Of a stretch of DNA of 64,000 nucleotides, positions 52,942 through 63,434 are shown piece after piece. Made by a program: the position numbers and the translations under genes. Source of the stretch: Escherichia coli (GTDB lineage Bacteria; Bacillota_I; Bacilli_A; RFN20; CAG-826); the NCBI GenBank assembly GCA_963630675.1, contig CAVGNR010000001.1, forward strand, positions 37,807 to 101,806. The letters run 5' to 3'. Every line of letters begins with the position of its first letter. The first letter of the stretch is position 1. Below the pieces are notes generated by a model. The model worked only from the letters and a program-made list of their open reading frames with translations. It had not been told where the DNA came from and did no database searches.

Positions 52942-53019
52942 TGGTCGGGATGGCCGGATTCGAACCGGCGGTCTTCTGCTCCCAAAGCAGACGCGGTAAC
53001 CAAGCTGCGCTACATCCCG
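52942..53019 (-). tRNA. tRNA-Pro (anticodon UGG)
   Basis: Reverse complement is CGGGATGTAGCGCAGCTTGGTTACCGCGTCTGCTTTGGGAGCAGAAGACCGCCGGTTCGAATCCGGCCATCCCGACCA. Anticodon loop TTTGGGA. Confidence 0.93.
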
Positions 53020-53020
53020 A

Positions 53021-53097
53021 TGGCGCGCCAGACAAGATTCGAACTCGTGACCCACAGATTCGTAGTCTGTTACTCTATCCAGCTGAGCTACTGGCGC
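53021..53097 (-). tRNA. tRNA-Arg (anticodon ACG)
   Basis: Reverse complement is GCGCCAGTAGCTCAGCTGGATAGAGTAACAGACTACGAATCTGTGGGTCACGAGTTCGAATCTTGTCTGGCGCGCCA. Anticodon loop CTACGAA. Confidence 0.93.
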
Positions 53098-53161
53098 ATG
53101 CCTTTTCGCAAAGGCTTATTTAATATAGTCTTCTAAGAAGAAAAGAGCAACATTTTTCTTA

Positions 53162-53195
53162 AGAAAAAAGAAAAAAGTGCTGAGATTTCAGCACT
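53162..53195 (-). terminator. Rho-independent terminator after tRNA-Cys (hairpin also usable from the plus strand)
   Basis: AGTGCTGA-gatt-TCAGCACT flanked by an A-run (53161-53176) and a T-run (53200-53205). Confidence 0.7.
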
Positions 53196-53206
53196 CTGAT
53201 TTTTTA

Positions 53207-53280
53207 TGGAGCATCCGGGTGGAATCGAACCGCCGATTAGTGAGTTGCAGTCACTGGCCTTACCGCTTGGCTACGGATGC
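53207..53280 (-). tRNA. tRNA-Cys (anticodon GCA)
   Basis: Reverse complement is GCATCCGTAGCCAAGCGGTAAGGCCAGTGACTGCAACTCACTAATCGGCGGTTCGATTCCACCCGGATGCTCCA. Anticodon loop CTGCAAC. Confidence 0.93.
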
Positions 53281-53339
53281 AGCGTCAAAGATTATAGCAT
53301 CCCCCGATATTTCTTTCAATAAGGGGGATGCTATCCTTT

Positions 53340-55181
53340 TTAAGCTTTTCTTTCTTGGCGACGTTTCTTTCTTAAACTCTTAGCGATTCCATTCTTCGTT
53401 AAGAAATAAGCAAGGATTGTAGCAAGAAGGATTCCTTCAACAACAAGAATAACAACTACGGCCGTAGGAACAGATCCGGATTTCACGCTTTCCCACATCT
53501 TTAAAACGTATTCGTTATTATTACCATAATCTTCCATGACCATTAAAGTATCAACGATATCACTTGGTGGATATTGGGCATAGAAGGAACGTCCTGCCGT
53601 GATTGTTTGGCCATTCACTTCATATTCTTCATATTCGTCGGTATAGAAGATTGTATCAACGCCATCTTGATAATCGGTTAAAGAGCCTTGGAAGAAATAG
53701 TCAAGATCAACAGCCGTCCAGCCTAAATCGTTTTGTTCTGAATAATCTTCCCAAGAAGCGTATTCTTTTCCACCGATAGTTCCCTTTCCCGTTCTAAAGA
53801 GGGAATTGAACTCTTCTTCGCTTAAGGAAGTGTATTCCTCCTTAAGGACGAGGTTGTCATCTTCATCATAAACGAAGTCGTCATTTTCCTCATCGTAAGC
53901 GTAGAAGATTGGCATACGGGTGTCATACCAGGCTCTTGTTTGAGCTAGGATTGAATCACCAGCGATGGTAGATGTATATCCGATATAGTCCATATTTGCG
54001 GCTGCAATTTCTGGATCGGAAATGAAATCGATGAATTTTTGAGCGTATTCTTGATTTTGAACCGTTGTAGGAATAACCCAGCCATCAAGCCAGATATTTG
54101 CGCCAATACGAGGAATAGAATAATAAAGATGAGTCCCGAATTCTTCCGCAGAATCGATAGCGTAAACGGCATCACCGCTCCAAGCAAGATTGATTCCCGT
54201 ACGTTTTCCAGTTTGGATGTCTGTTTTGCCAGAGTCTACTTCCAAACCATAGGAATTATCTTTCAAAGAGGAAAGAGCTCTTTCAACTCTATCGATAATA
54301 GCGCTAGAAGATTCGTGTTCTTCCTTTCCTAATTCTTTCATTAGGTCGTTGAATTCATCGACATGAGAAATGTTATTGAAGATAATGTTGATATCTTTGT
54401 TATATTTCTCAGCTGTGATTCCTCCTTTTTCATAACGATCAAGGAGGGTACTAAATTCCTCGGAATAAGCCTCAAGAAGAGCGATAGCGTAGGAGTCTCT
54501 CATCGAATCTTTGATTTGGAAAGTTCCTTGATAGGCATCATCCCAAAGAGAAGAATAGCTAGACATATCCTTTTTGACGTCTTCTGGAGTCAATCCTCTA
54601 TCGCGATAGACAGAGAATTCAGGATTGTACATAATGCCAAGAGTGCCCCACATATAACCACGCATGTAGTCGTTAATAGGTTCCTCTTTGCCATTCATTT
54701 TAACGGTAATATCGCCATAAAGTTTGTCAAAGAATGGAGAAGAATAAGTAAGATAGTTATCTTCTGCCCAGGCATCATAGTTATGGCTATAAAGGGCTTT
54801 TCTTTCTTCCCCCGTTTTAAAAGGGACGACAAGATTGTTGGCCATCATCTTTTCTACCATGTAGTCGGAAGTACAGATTAAATCATAGTTCTGTGCGCCG
54901 GTTTGTAGGTTAGAAAGCATGATTTCGTTGGTATCGAAGGTAGAATATGCAATTTCAATATCAACGTTGTCCTCTCGTAAGACTTTTTCTTTAAAAACAG
55001 CGACAACATCAAGAGAATCATCCTCACCATTTGCAATATAGTCCTCGGAATTATAAATCGACAAAGTAACTTTGGTTGCGTTTGCCTTGAGGATTTCCGC
55101 TTTTTCGGAAACGATGGCAGGAGCCACGTTTGTTGAAGCGGCTAAATAAGAAAGAAGGGATAAAAATAAGACGTTTTTCAT
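53340..55181 (-). CDS. potD: Spermidine/putrescine ABC substrate-binding protein, enlarged and C-terminally membrane-anchored
   Basis: 613 aa. N-terminal signal sequence, PotD-like core (operon context potABC), C-terminal TM VPTAVVVILVVEGILLATILAYFL plus a basic tail. Confidence 0.8.
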   Translation of the reverse strand: MKNVLFLSLLSYLAASTNVAPAIVSEKAEILKANATKVTLSIYNSEDYIANGEDDSLDVVAVFKEKVLREDNVDIEIAYSTFDTNEIMLSNLQTGAQNYDLICTSDYMVEKMMANNLVVPFKTGEERKALYSHNYDAWAEDNYLTYSSPFFDKLYGDITVKMNGKEEPINDYMRGYMWGTLGIMYNPEFSVYRDRGLTPEDVKKDMSSYSSLWDDAYQGTFQIKDSMRDSYAIALLEAYSEEFSTLLDRYEKGGITAEKYNKDINIIFNNISHVDEFNDLMKELGKEEHESSSAIIDRVERALSSLKDNSYGLEVDSGKTDIQTGKRTGINLAWSGDAVYAIDSAEEFGTHLYYSIPRIGANIWLDGWVIPTTVQNQEYAQKFIDFISDPEIAAANMDYIGYTSTIAGDSILAQTRAWYDTRMPIFYAYDEENDDFVYDEDDNLVLKEEYTSLSEEEFNSLFRTGKGTIGGKEYASWEDYSEQNDLGWTAVDLDYFFQGSLTDYQDGVDTIFYTDEYEEYEVNGQTITAGRSFYAQYPPSDIVDTLMVMEDYGNNNEYVLKMWESVKSGSVPTAVVVILVVEGILLATILAYFLTKNGIAKSLRKKRRQERKA

Positions 55182-56053
55182 AACTTCATCCTCGCTTTAG
55201 CATGTCTTCCACTACGCTTATTTTGTCTGCTATTGATGAAGATAAGCGAAAGAACGACAAGAAGAACCACCAAGAAAATGATTGTGCATAAGGCTCTAAG
55301 CTCTGGTGGAAGAGGGTGTTTTTTAATAACCCCTTGCACATAGGTAGAAATCGTAGAGATTTTAGAAACTCCGCTTAATAAGCCAGGTCCAGCGGTGAAG
55401 GCTGTAACAATGAAATCATCCAAGGAAAGGGTGATAGCGATTAAGAAACCGGAGACAACACCAGGAGCGATTTCTGGCAAGGTTGTGTGAAGAAGAGCCT
55501 TTGTTGGGGTGCATCCTAAATCAAGAGCAGCTTCATAGAGGGCTGGATCCATTTGTTCAAGTTTTGGTTTGACGTTTAAATAGACAAACGGAGTGCTTAA
55601 GACAAGATGACCTGCAAGAAGCGTCCAGAAAGAGAATTGAAAATTAGGGAAGAGATGTTCTCTAAAGAAAACAAACATAACCGTCAAAGAAAGAGCGATA
55701 ACGATTTCTGGGGTAACGACTGGGATTTGGTTAGCGAATTCCATTGTTCTTTTCGCGTGTTTCTTTGATTCATAAACACCGATAGCACCTAAGGTTCCTA
55801 AAACTGTAGCAATGGCACTAGAAACCAAAGCGATAATAAGGGTGTTTCCCACCGCTTTCATGATTTCAGTGCTTCGGAAAAGCTTTACGTATAAAGAAAG
55901 GGTGAAACCATTCCATTGTCCTAAAACATCCGTATCGGTGAAAGAGAAAACAATCAAAACGAAGATTGGCGCATACATCAAAAGAAGTAAGAGCCAGATA
56001 TAAGTTTGAGCGAAGATCTTTTTGATCAAAGCTTTCTTTTCGGTGTCTACCAT
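55178..56053 (-). CDS. potC: Spermidine/putrescine ABC permease
   Basis: 291 aa. EAA-loop region ALYEAALDLGCTPTKALLHTTLPEI. Its TGA stop overlaps the potD ATG. Confidence 0.9.
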   Translation of the reverse strand: MVDTEKKALIKKIFAQTYIWLLLLLMYAPIFVLIVFSFTDTDVLGQWNGFTLSLYVKLFRSTEIMKAVGNTLIIALVSSAIATVLGTLGAIGVYESKKHAKRTMEFANQIPVVTPEIVIALSLTVMFVFFREHLFPNFQFSFWTLLAGHLVLSTPFVYLNVKPKLEQMDPALYEAALDLGCTPTKALLHTTLPEIAPGVVSGFLIAITLSLDDFIVTAFTAGPGLLSGVSKISTISTYVQGVIKKHPLPPELRALCTIIFLVVLLVVLSLIFINSRQNKRSGRHAKARMKL

Positions 56054-56892
56054 AAGCCCCCTCCTCTTCTTTGTGCGGCATCACCTCTATCAAAACGACG
56101 GGTGATAATCATCGTAATGCCAATAATAACGAGCATGATGATGGCCATAAAGGAACCGGTGTTCCATTGGCTATTGGTGAAATTCAAATAGATAGAGTTA
56201 CCAAATAAGGTAATTTTGCCTTCCGAAAGGGTATCCGAGATAACATAGGAAGACATGACTGGCATAAAGACCATTTCTGCGGCAGAAATAATACCAGGCA
56301 AGGATTGAGGAAGGACGTTCTTATAGAAGACTTTGAATGGAGAACAGCCAAGATCGGCAGCCGCCTCCATTTGAGAACGGTCGAGTTTTAACATCGTGGT
56401 GTATAAAGGCAAGATGGTAAATGGAAGATAGTTATAGACCATACCGATTAAGGTTGCAGTCCATGGATACTTGCCTCCACTAATTCCAATCCAATCGAGC
56501 AAGTCACGTGTTGCACCAGTACGAATAACGAAGTTAATCCACATTGGCATGATAAAGAGAACAACTAAGATGCCATTGGTATTGAGTTTTTTATTCGCAA
56601 GGAACATGGCTGCTGGATAGCCAAGAAGAAGGCAAATGAGAGTCGTTTGAATTCCTAAGAAAAGGGAAACAAGAAGAACGCTCCATTTACTCGGTGTGGT
56701 AAAGAAAGAGATAGCCGCTTCAAAGGAAGGCATTCCAGCTTCGTTTGTGAAAGCGTACCAAACAATCAAAAGAATCGGAATGATAACGAATATTGCCAAG
56801 AAAACACCATAAGGAATGCAAAGGTATTTACGTTTGAGGTGGAAGAAATTTTTTCCTTTCTTTCTTGGCATGGCCTCTTTAACGGACGACAT
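56047..56892 (-). CDS. potB: Spermidine/putrescine ABC permease
   Basis: 281 aa. QMEAAADLGCSPFKVFYKNVLPQS EAA loop. Confidence 0.9.
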   Translation of the reverse strand: MSSVKEAMPRKKGKNFFHLKRKYLCIPYGVFLAIFVIIPILLIVWYAFTNEAGMPSFEAAISFFTTPSKWSVLLVSLFLGIQTTLICLLLGYPAAMFLANKKLNTNGILVVLFIMPMWINFVIRTGATRDLLDWIGISGGKYPWTATLIGMVYNYLPFTILPLYTTMLKLDRSQMEAAADLGCSPFKVFYKNVLPQSLPGIISAAEMVFMPVMSSYVISDTLSEGKITLFGNSIYLNFTNSQWNTGSFMAIIMLVIIGITMIITRRFDRGDAAQRRGGGLW

Positions 56893-58402
56893 AGTTGTCG
56901 AGTCCTTTCTTCAAACGAAGAGAAATTTTAGAAACAGGAAGTTTGATGGAGACTTTATCGCCGATATTCCAAGCGTATGGAGTATTGCAAACGAAATCAT
57001 CTTCGTTCTCGTTTCTCACGATATATTGATAATGGTCACCAATCCAAACAGCACCAATGATGCTGCCTTGGATTTCCCCTTCTTCGAGATTATCGCTAAG
57101 CTCTGGAGAATCTAGGTCGAAGGAAGCAACCACTTCTGCATCAGAAAGATCGTATTTACGATTATTTTTAGGATCAAGGAGATATCCTTCTTCGGTCAAA
57201 GAGGAACCTTTGATTAATTGCGTTAAATCGCAAGCAAGCGGGACATCCGAAATCACCACTTGACCGTTCTTGTTGATATAAGCATCGGTATAGGTGTTCT
57301 CGGTTAATTCTTTTTCCATGATTTGAAGATTTTCTTTATCCACGGAAATAGAGACTTTAGAACCGACGAGTCTTGCTTTATGCTCACGGCAAGTGATTTC
57401 GTTCTTACCGACTTTAAGCTCGTAGGAATAGTCTTCTCCCTTAAAGACGCTGGAAAGAATCACCGCATCAATTACGCCTTCTCCCGGTTCACCTAAGAGG
57501 ACGTCCTCAGGACGGATAACGACGTCAACTTTTTGATTTAATGGGAAATCATCGACACAATCCCAGTTAGCGTTAAGGAAACGAACTTTCTTTTCGCCAA
57601 TCATCGTACCGGCAAAAATATTGGATTCGCCAATAAAGTCTGCAACATAAGCGGACATTGGTTCATTATAGATTTGTTCAGGCGTACCCATTTGTTGGAT
57701 GTTGCCATCTTTCATAACCACGACTTTATCAGACATCGAAAGAGCTTCTTCTTGGTCATGGGTGACATAAATAAAGGTGATGCCGAGTTTCTTATGCATA
57801 TCCTTTAATTCAAGTTGCATGTCCACTCTCATCTTATGGTCAAGAGCGCTTAAAGGTTCATCAAGGAGAAGAACTTCAGGTTCATTAACGATAGCACGAG
57901 CAATAGCAACACGTTGTTGCTGACCACCAGAAAGATTAGAGATATCTCTATCTTCCATTTCTTCCATATCGACGATTTGAAGAGCTTTTGCAACCTTTTC
58001 GTCGATTTCCTTAGCGGAAAGATGCTTATATTTTGTTTTCTTATTGCCCTTAGAATCGGTAACTTCGTATGGGATCTTCTTAAGCTTCAAACCGAAAGCG
58101 ACGTTATCATAGACGTCGAGATTTGGGAACAAAGCATAATGTTGGAAGACGGTATTAACCGGTCTTTGATAAGGTGGTAAGTTAGTAATGTCCTTCCCAT
58201 TCAGATAAATCTTACCTGATGTTGGGATATCAAACCCCGCAATCATCCTTAAAGTCGTTGTTTTGCCACACCCGGATGGTCCAAGCAAGGTGACGAATTC
58301 ACCTTTTTTGATGTCTAAGTTGACATCGTCGACAGCAGTAAAGGTTTTATCGAAAACCTTACTCACATGTTGCAGAGAAATGATGACATTATTTTCATCC
58401 AT
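56879..58402 (-). CDS. potA: Spermidine/putrescine ABC ATPase with a long C-terminal extension
   Basis: Start ATG 58402 (MDENNVIISLQHV). Walker A GPSGCGKTT, signature LSGGQQQRVAIARA, Walker B VLLLDEPLSALD. About 130 extra C-terminal residues relative to roughly 370-aa PotA proteins. Confidence 0.9.
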   Translation of the reverse strand: MDENNVIISLQHVSKVFDKTFTAVDDVNLDIKKGEFVTLLGPSGCGKTTTLRMIAGFDIPTSGKIYLNGKDITNLPPYQRPVNTVFQHYALFPNLDVYDNVAFGLKLKKIPYEVTDSKGNKKTKYKHLSAKEIDEKVAKALQIVDMEEMEDRDISNLSGGQQQRVAIARAIVNEPEVLLLDEPLSALDHKMRVDMQLELKDMHKKLGITFIYVTHDQEEALSMSDKVVVMKDGNIQQMGTPEQIYNEPMSAYVADFIGESNIFAGTMIGEKKVRFLNANWDCVDDFPLNQKVDVVIRPEDVLLGEPGEGVIDAVILSSVFKGEDYSYELKVGKNEITCREHKARLVGSKVSISVDKENLQIMEKELTENTYTDAYINKNGQVVISDVPLACDLTQLIKGSSLTEEGYLLDPKNNRKYDLSDAEVVASFDLDSPELSDNLEEGEIQGSIIGAVWIGDHYQYIVRNENEDDFVCNTPYAWNIGDKVSIKLPVSKISLRLKKGLDNYVVR

Positions 58403-58688
58403 CTGAAATACCCCCAAAATCACTTAGAAGTGATAACAAACAGGTTGAATTTTCCATTACCTAAGAACTAGAAAATATCAACGTGCAAAATATTGCGGTA
58501 AATTGAACAAAAATACAAGAAAATTTTTTGTATTTTTTTTCGCTTATTTTTTCAATTTATTAAAAGTGAGCCAAACATCGATGTTATCGAAAGAAAACGA
58601 ACTTTTATTTTTTTCCGTTTTTCGCTACGTTTTTTGCATTGTTTTTCGCTTCAAAAACGAACTTTGTTTTTCTTTCGCTTTTTATGGG

Positions 58689-58694
58689 TATAAT
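58689..58694 (+). promoter_or_regulatory. TATAAT -10 box 7 nt upstream of ATG 58701 (possible leaderless mRNA)
   Basis: gggTATAATtacgccATG. There is no purine-rich SD between the -10 box and the ATG. Confidence 0.3.
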
Positions 58695-58700
58695 TACGCC

Positions 58701-59813
58701 ATGAAAAAGAAAGTTTTCTTCCCCATTTTCTTAAACGTTCTCTCTTCCTTTTCTTGCACGAATTTTCATAAGAAAAATACCTCTATAACTTTTGGGAGAT
58801 TGTACAATTCTTCTCTTTCAAAAGATGTGAATTCTTTCTTTTTGCATACAAGCAATATCACCTATGAAGAGTATGCGAAAAAGGTAAGCAATAAAGAGAA
58901 CTTCGTTTTAGCTGTCTATGAATATAAGACTTTAATGGAGGGGGAAGACATCGATTGCCTTTGTTATACGTCTTTTGCTTCCTCTTTAAGAGAATATATG
59001 GAGAAATATAACGCGGAAATATACGCTATAGATTCTTCAGAATTATCTTCTTTCTCTGAACGGTATGGACTCCATCTTCTTTTAGGGGAGCAAACCCTAG
59101 CCATTTTTGAAAATGGTGAGATAAAGAAACAAGAAACCTCAGGAGAAGAGAGATTATCTTCTTTAGAGAAGGTAGAAAAATTCTTTGAGAACGTTTCTTG
59201 GAGCAAGATGCTCTATATTAATAAGGAACAGTTAGATACCTTTTTAGAAACGGATGGGCAATACACGATTGGATATCTAAGGAAGTCGTGTTCTGATTGT
59301 TCTTACCTCTCTTATCATTTCTTAAAGGAATATAACCGAGAGGCTTTCGCCAAGGAAATCTATGTCGTTGAATGCGATGAAGAAGGCATACATTATAAGG
59401 ATGGGAAATTCGATTCTGAAGCTTGGTCCTCTTTTAAAGATAAATATGGTCTTTCAAATAAATGGAACCTCTCTTTTGGCTATGATGCAGGATATGTTCC
59501 TTCTTTCTTTACCTATCAAGTAAAGGGAAAAGAAAATCTCTCCGTAATCGATGGAACGGTATACGCTAACGATACGCTCGTAATGGAAGATAGCCTTTGC
59601 TATATCCAAACAAGTTATTGGGATCAAAGAGAGCACCCCTTCTATTCTTCTATAGATAAAGAGGTCAAAACCAACCTCGTGGGTTTAGAAATAGCAAGCG
59701 AGGATTATCTTCAAGCCAATGATGACTATTATTGGAAAAAAGAAAAGATGGCGAAGTATCATGATCCTTTATTAAAGGCATTTCTTGATTTCTATGCGAA
59801 AAAGGGTGTCTAA
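58701..59813 (+). CDS. Secreted/lipoprotein-like protein with a CxxC motif (thioredoxin-like fold suspected)
   Basis: ORF 58503..59813. Preferred start is ATG 58701 (MKKKVFFPIFLNVLSSFSCTNF). CSDC motif in GYLRKSCSDCSYLSYHFL. Confidence 0.6.
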   Translation: MKKKVFFPIFLNVLSSFSCTNFHKKNTSITFGRLYNSSLSKDVNSFFLHTSNITYEEYAKKVSNKENFVLAVYEYKTLMEGEDIDCLCYTSFASSLREYMEKYNAEIYAIDSSELSSFSERYGLHLLLGEQTLAIFENGEIKKQETSGEERLSSLEKVEKFFENVSWSKMLYINKEQLDTFLETDGQYTIGYLRKSCSDCSYLSYHFLKEYNREAFAKEIYVVECDEEGIHYKDGKFDSEAWSSFKDKYGLSNKWNLSFGYDAGYVPSFFTYQVKGKENLSVIDGTVYANDTLVMEDSLCYIQTSYWDQREHPFYSSIDKEVKTNLVGLEIASEDYLQANDDYYWKKEKMAKYHDPLLKAFLDFYAKKGV

Positions 59814-59831
59814 AGATATCTTTTCTCATAA

Positions 59832-59863
59832 TAAAAAGCGGCTCGTATGGGCCGCTTTCGTTT
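59832..59863. terminator. Bidirectional terminator between convergent genes
   Basis: aaaaAGCGGCtcgtatggGCCGCTttcgttt. Confidence 0.75.
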
Positions 59864-59872
59864 ACGTTTCAA

Positions 59873-61126
59873 TTAAAACACGCCTAAGTAATAATTCTTC
59901 TTACCACGTCTAACAATGACGTATTTGCCAGCAATGGTATCTTCTTTGGTGACGACTTTATTAAGGTCATTCACTTTATTTCCGTTAATGGAAACGGAAT
60001 TCTGGTTTAAGAAGGTTTTCGCTTCAGTCTTACTCTTCGCTGCGCCGATTTTGACTAAGAAATCAAGAATTGACATCTCGCCAGCAAGTTCTGTTTTAGA
60101 ATATCCGCCAAGAACTTCCTCGATTTGTTTAGCACTCAAAGTTTGAACTTCACCAGAGAAAAGAACATTGGACATAGAGATTGCTTCCTCCGCAGCCTCT
60201 TTGCCGTGGATGTCTTTTGTAACTTCATAAGCAAGTTTCTTTTGAGCAATTCTCATACCTGGGTTTGCTAAATGATCACGGGTGATGTCTTCAATTTCAT
60301 CACGGGTAAGGAAGGTGAAGACTTTTAAGTATTTAATAGCGTCTTCATCGGTGGTGTTATAGAAATATTGATAAAGCTGGTATGGGGAAGTTAATTCAGG
60401 GTTGAGGAAAAGGGCACCTTTTTCGGATTTGCCGAATTTCTTACCATCAGCACGGGTGATTAAGTGGGCGGTCATTGCTTCAGGGTCAGCATTTTCTCCA
60501 TCAATCTTACGAATTAATTGAAGACCGCTGGTTAAATTTCCCCATTGATCGTTGCCACCGATTTGAATCTTGCAGCCATATTTCTTATATAAGGTATAGA
60601 AGTCAGCAGATTGAAGAATCTGGTAAGCGAATTCAGTAAAGGAAATACCCGCTTCCAAACGAGAGGAAACAATTTCTTTCGATAACATGTAGTTAACGGA
60701 GAAATATTTGCCATAATCACGAAGGAAATCAAGCATGGTGATATTCCCAAGCCAGTCATAGTTATTTAAAATCATGCCTTTTTCTGGGTCAGAAAGATCC
60801 AAGAAACGCTCTAATTGGGCTTTGATGCAAGCAGTGTTCTTCGCTAAGGTTTCTTTGGTTTGAAGATTTCTTTCGGCAGATTTACCAGAAGGATCTCCAA
60901 TCATGCCTGTAGCGCCGCCTACGACAGCGATGATACGATGCCCTGCTCTTTGAAGTCTCATCAAGATTGAAATCATGACGTAGTTACCTACGTGCATACT
61001 TGAAGCGCTAGGGTCAAAACCACAATAGATGGTTGTTTTATTTGCCAATAGTTTGCGGACATTCTCTTCATTCGAATATTGTTCAATTAATCCGCGATAA
61101 TTTAATTCATCAACGATATTTTCCAT
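59873..61126 (-). CDS. tyrS: Tyrosine--tRNA ligase
   Basis: 417 aa. HIGH-type motif SMHVGNYV, KMSKS-type KFGKS, C-terminal S4 domain. Confidence 0.97.
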   Translation of the reverse strand: MENIVDELNYRGLIEQYSNEENVRKLLANKTTIYCGFDPSASSMHVGNYVMISILMRLQRAGHRIIAVVGGATGMIGDPSGKSAERNLQTKETLAKNTACIKAQLERFLDLSDPEKGMILNNYDWLGNITMLDFLRDYGKYFSVNYMLSKEIVSSRLEAGISFTEFAYQILQSADFYTLYKKYGCKIQIGGNDQWGNLTSGLQLIRKIDGENADPEAMTAHLITRADGKKFGKSEKGALFLNPELTSPYQLYQYFYNTTDEDAIKYLKVFTFLTRDEIEDITRDHLANPGMRIAQKKLAYEVTKDIHGKEAAEEAISMSNVLFSGEVQTLSAKQIEEVLGGYSKTELAGEMSILDFLVKIGAAKSKTEAKTFLNQNSVSINGNKVNDLNKVVTKEDTIAGKYVIVRRGKKNYYLGVF

Positions 61127-61226
61127 ATCATTACCTCACTAGGTAAAATTTTAGCCGAAGAAAGATATTAAGCAAGGAAGAAAGACGTTTCCTTGCTTTT
61201 TTAAAAGCAAAGAGAGAAAAGAAGGT

Positions 61227-61271
61227 AAAAAAACAAAAAAGGATTGCCTTAATTTGATTTAAAGCAATCCT
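61227..61271 (-). terminator. Rho-independent terminator after groEL
   Basis: Minus strand reads AGGATTGC-tttaaatcaaattaag-GCAATCCT followed by TTTTTTGTTTTTTT. Confidence 0.75.
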
Positions 61272-61292
61272 TAGAGCCTAGAAAATGAGAGA

Positions 61293-63220
<1,928 letters not shown>

Positions 63221-63265
63221 TTTTGAATGCCTCCTTGAAGTACGATTACTATGTTAGACACTATT

Positions 63266-63292
63266 TTGGCACTGTCAATAGCCTAGTGCTAA
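63266..63292 (-). promoter_or_regulatory. CIRCE-like HrcA operator upstream of groES
   Basis: TTGGCACTG-N9-TAGTGCTAA versus the consensus TTAGCACTC-N9-GAGTGCTAA (15/18). Lies 46 nt upstream of the groES start. Confidence 0.6.
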
Positions 63293-63389
63293 AAAGAATT
63301 TGGAAATACAGTATTTATCGAAAGAAAAAATGCAAAAAAATTCTATTTCTCTTCAAATACATCCTAAAATATGCCAACTCTAGAAGAGA

Positions 63390-63419
63390 AAGAAAAAAGC
63401 GACGTTTCTAGGCGTCGCT
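63390..63419 (-). terminator. Rho-independent terminator after the LacI-family gene
   Basis: Minus strand reads AGCGACG-cctagaaa-CGTCGCT followed by TTTTTTCTTTC. Confidence 0.75.
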
Positions 63420-63434
63420 TCAATAAGATATTCT

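Noticed and set aside
3100-53383. ORFs overlapping tRNA genes (3100..3303, 29375..29563, 52941..53123, 53177..53383).
   Set aside because: They are translations of tRNA sequence and flanking terminators. The tRNA cloverleaves are unambiguous.
58503-58700. N-terminal extensions of track ORFs (58503, 49878, 44828, 43595, 26499, 26044, 24579, 30416 and 32181 starts).
   Set aside because: The extensions lack an SD, often start at TTG or GTG, have Phe/Leu-rich junk composition, and precede an internal ATG that has an SD and a family-typical or signal-peptide N-terminus.
61127-61226. A T-box leader or attenuator upstream of tyrS. Two mutually exclusive hairpins (TTGCTTTTAAAAAAGCAA and AGCAAGGAA...TTCCTTGCT) were noticed.
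   Set aside because: Only about 100 nt remain between the groEL terminator and the tyrS start, which is too short for a T-box. No T-box core sequence or specifier-loop arrangement is visible. The hairpins are AT-rich and may be incidental.
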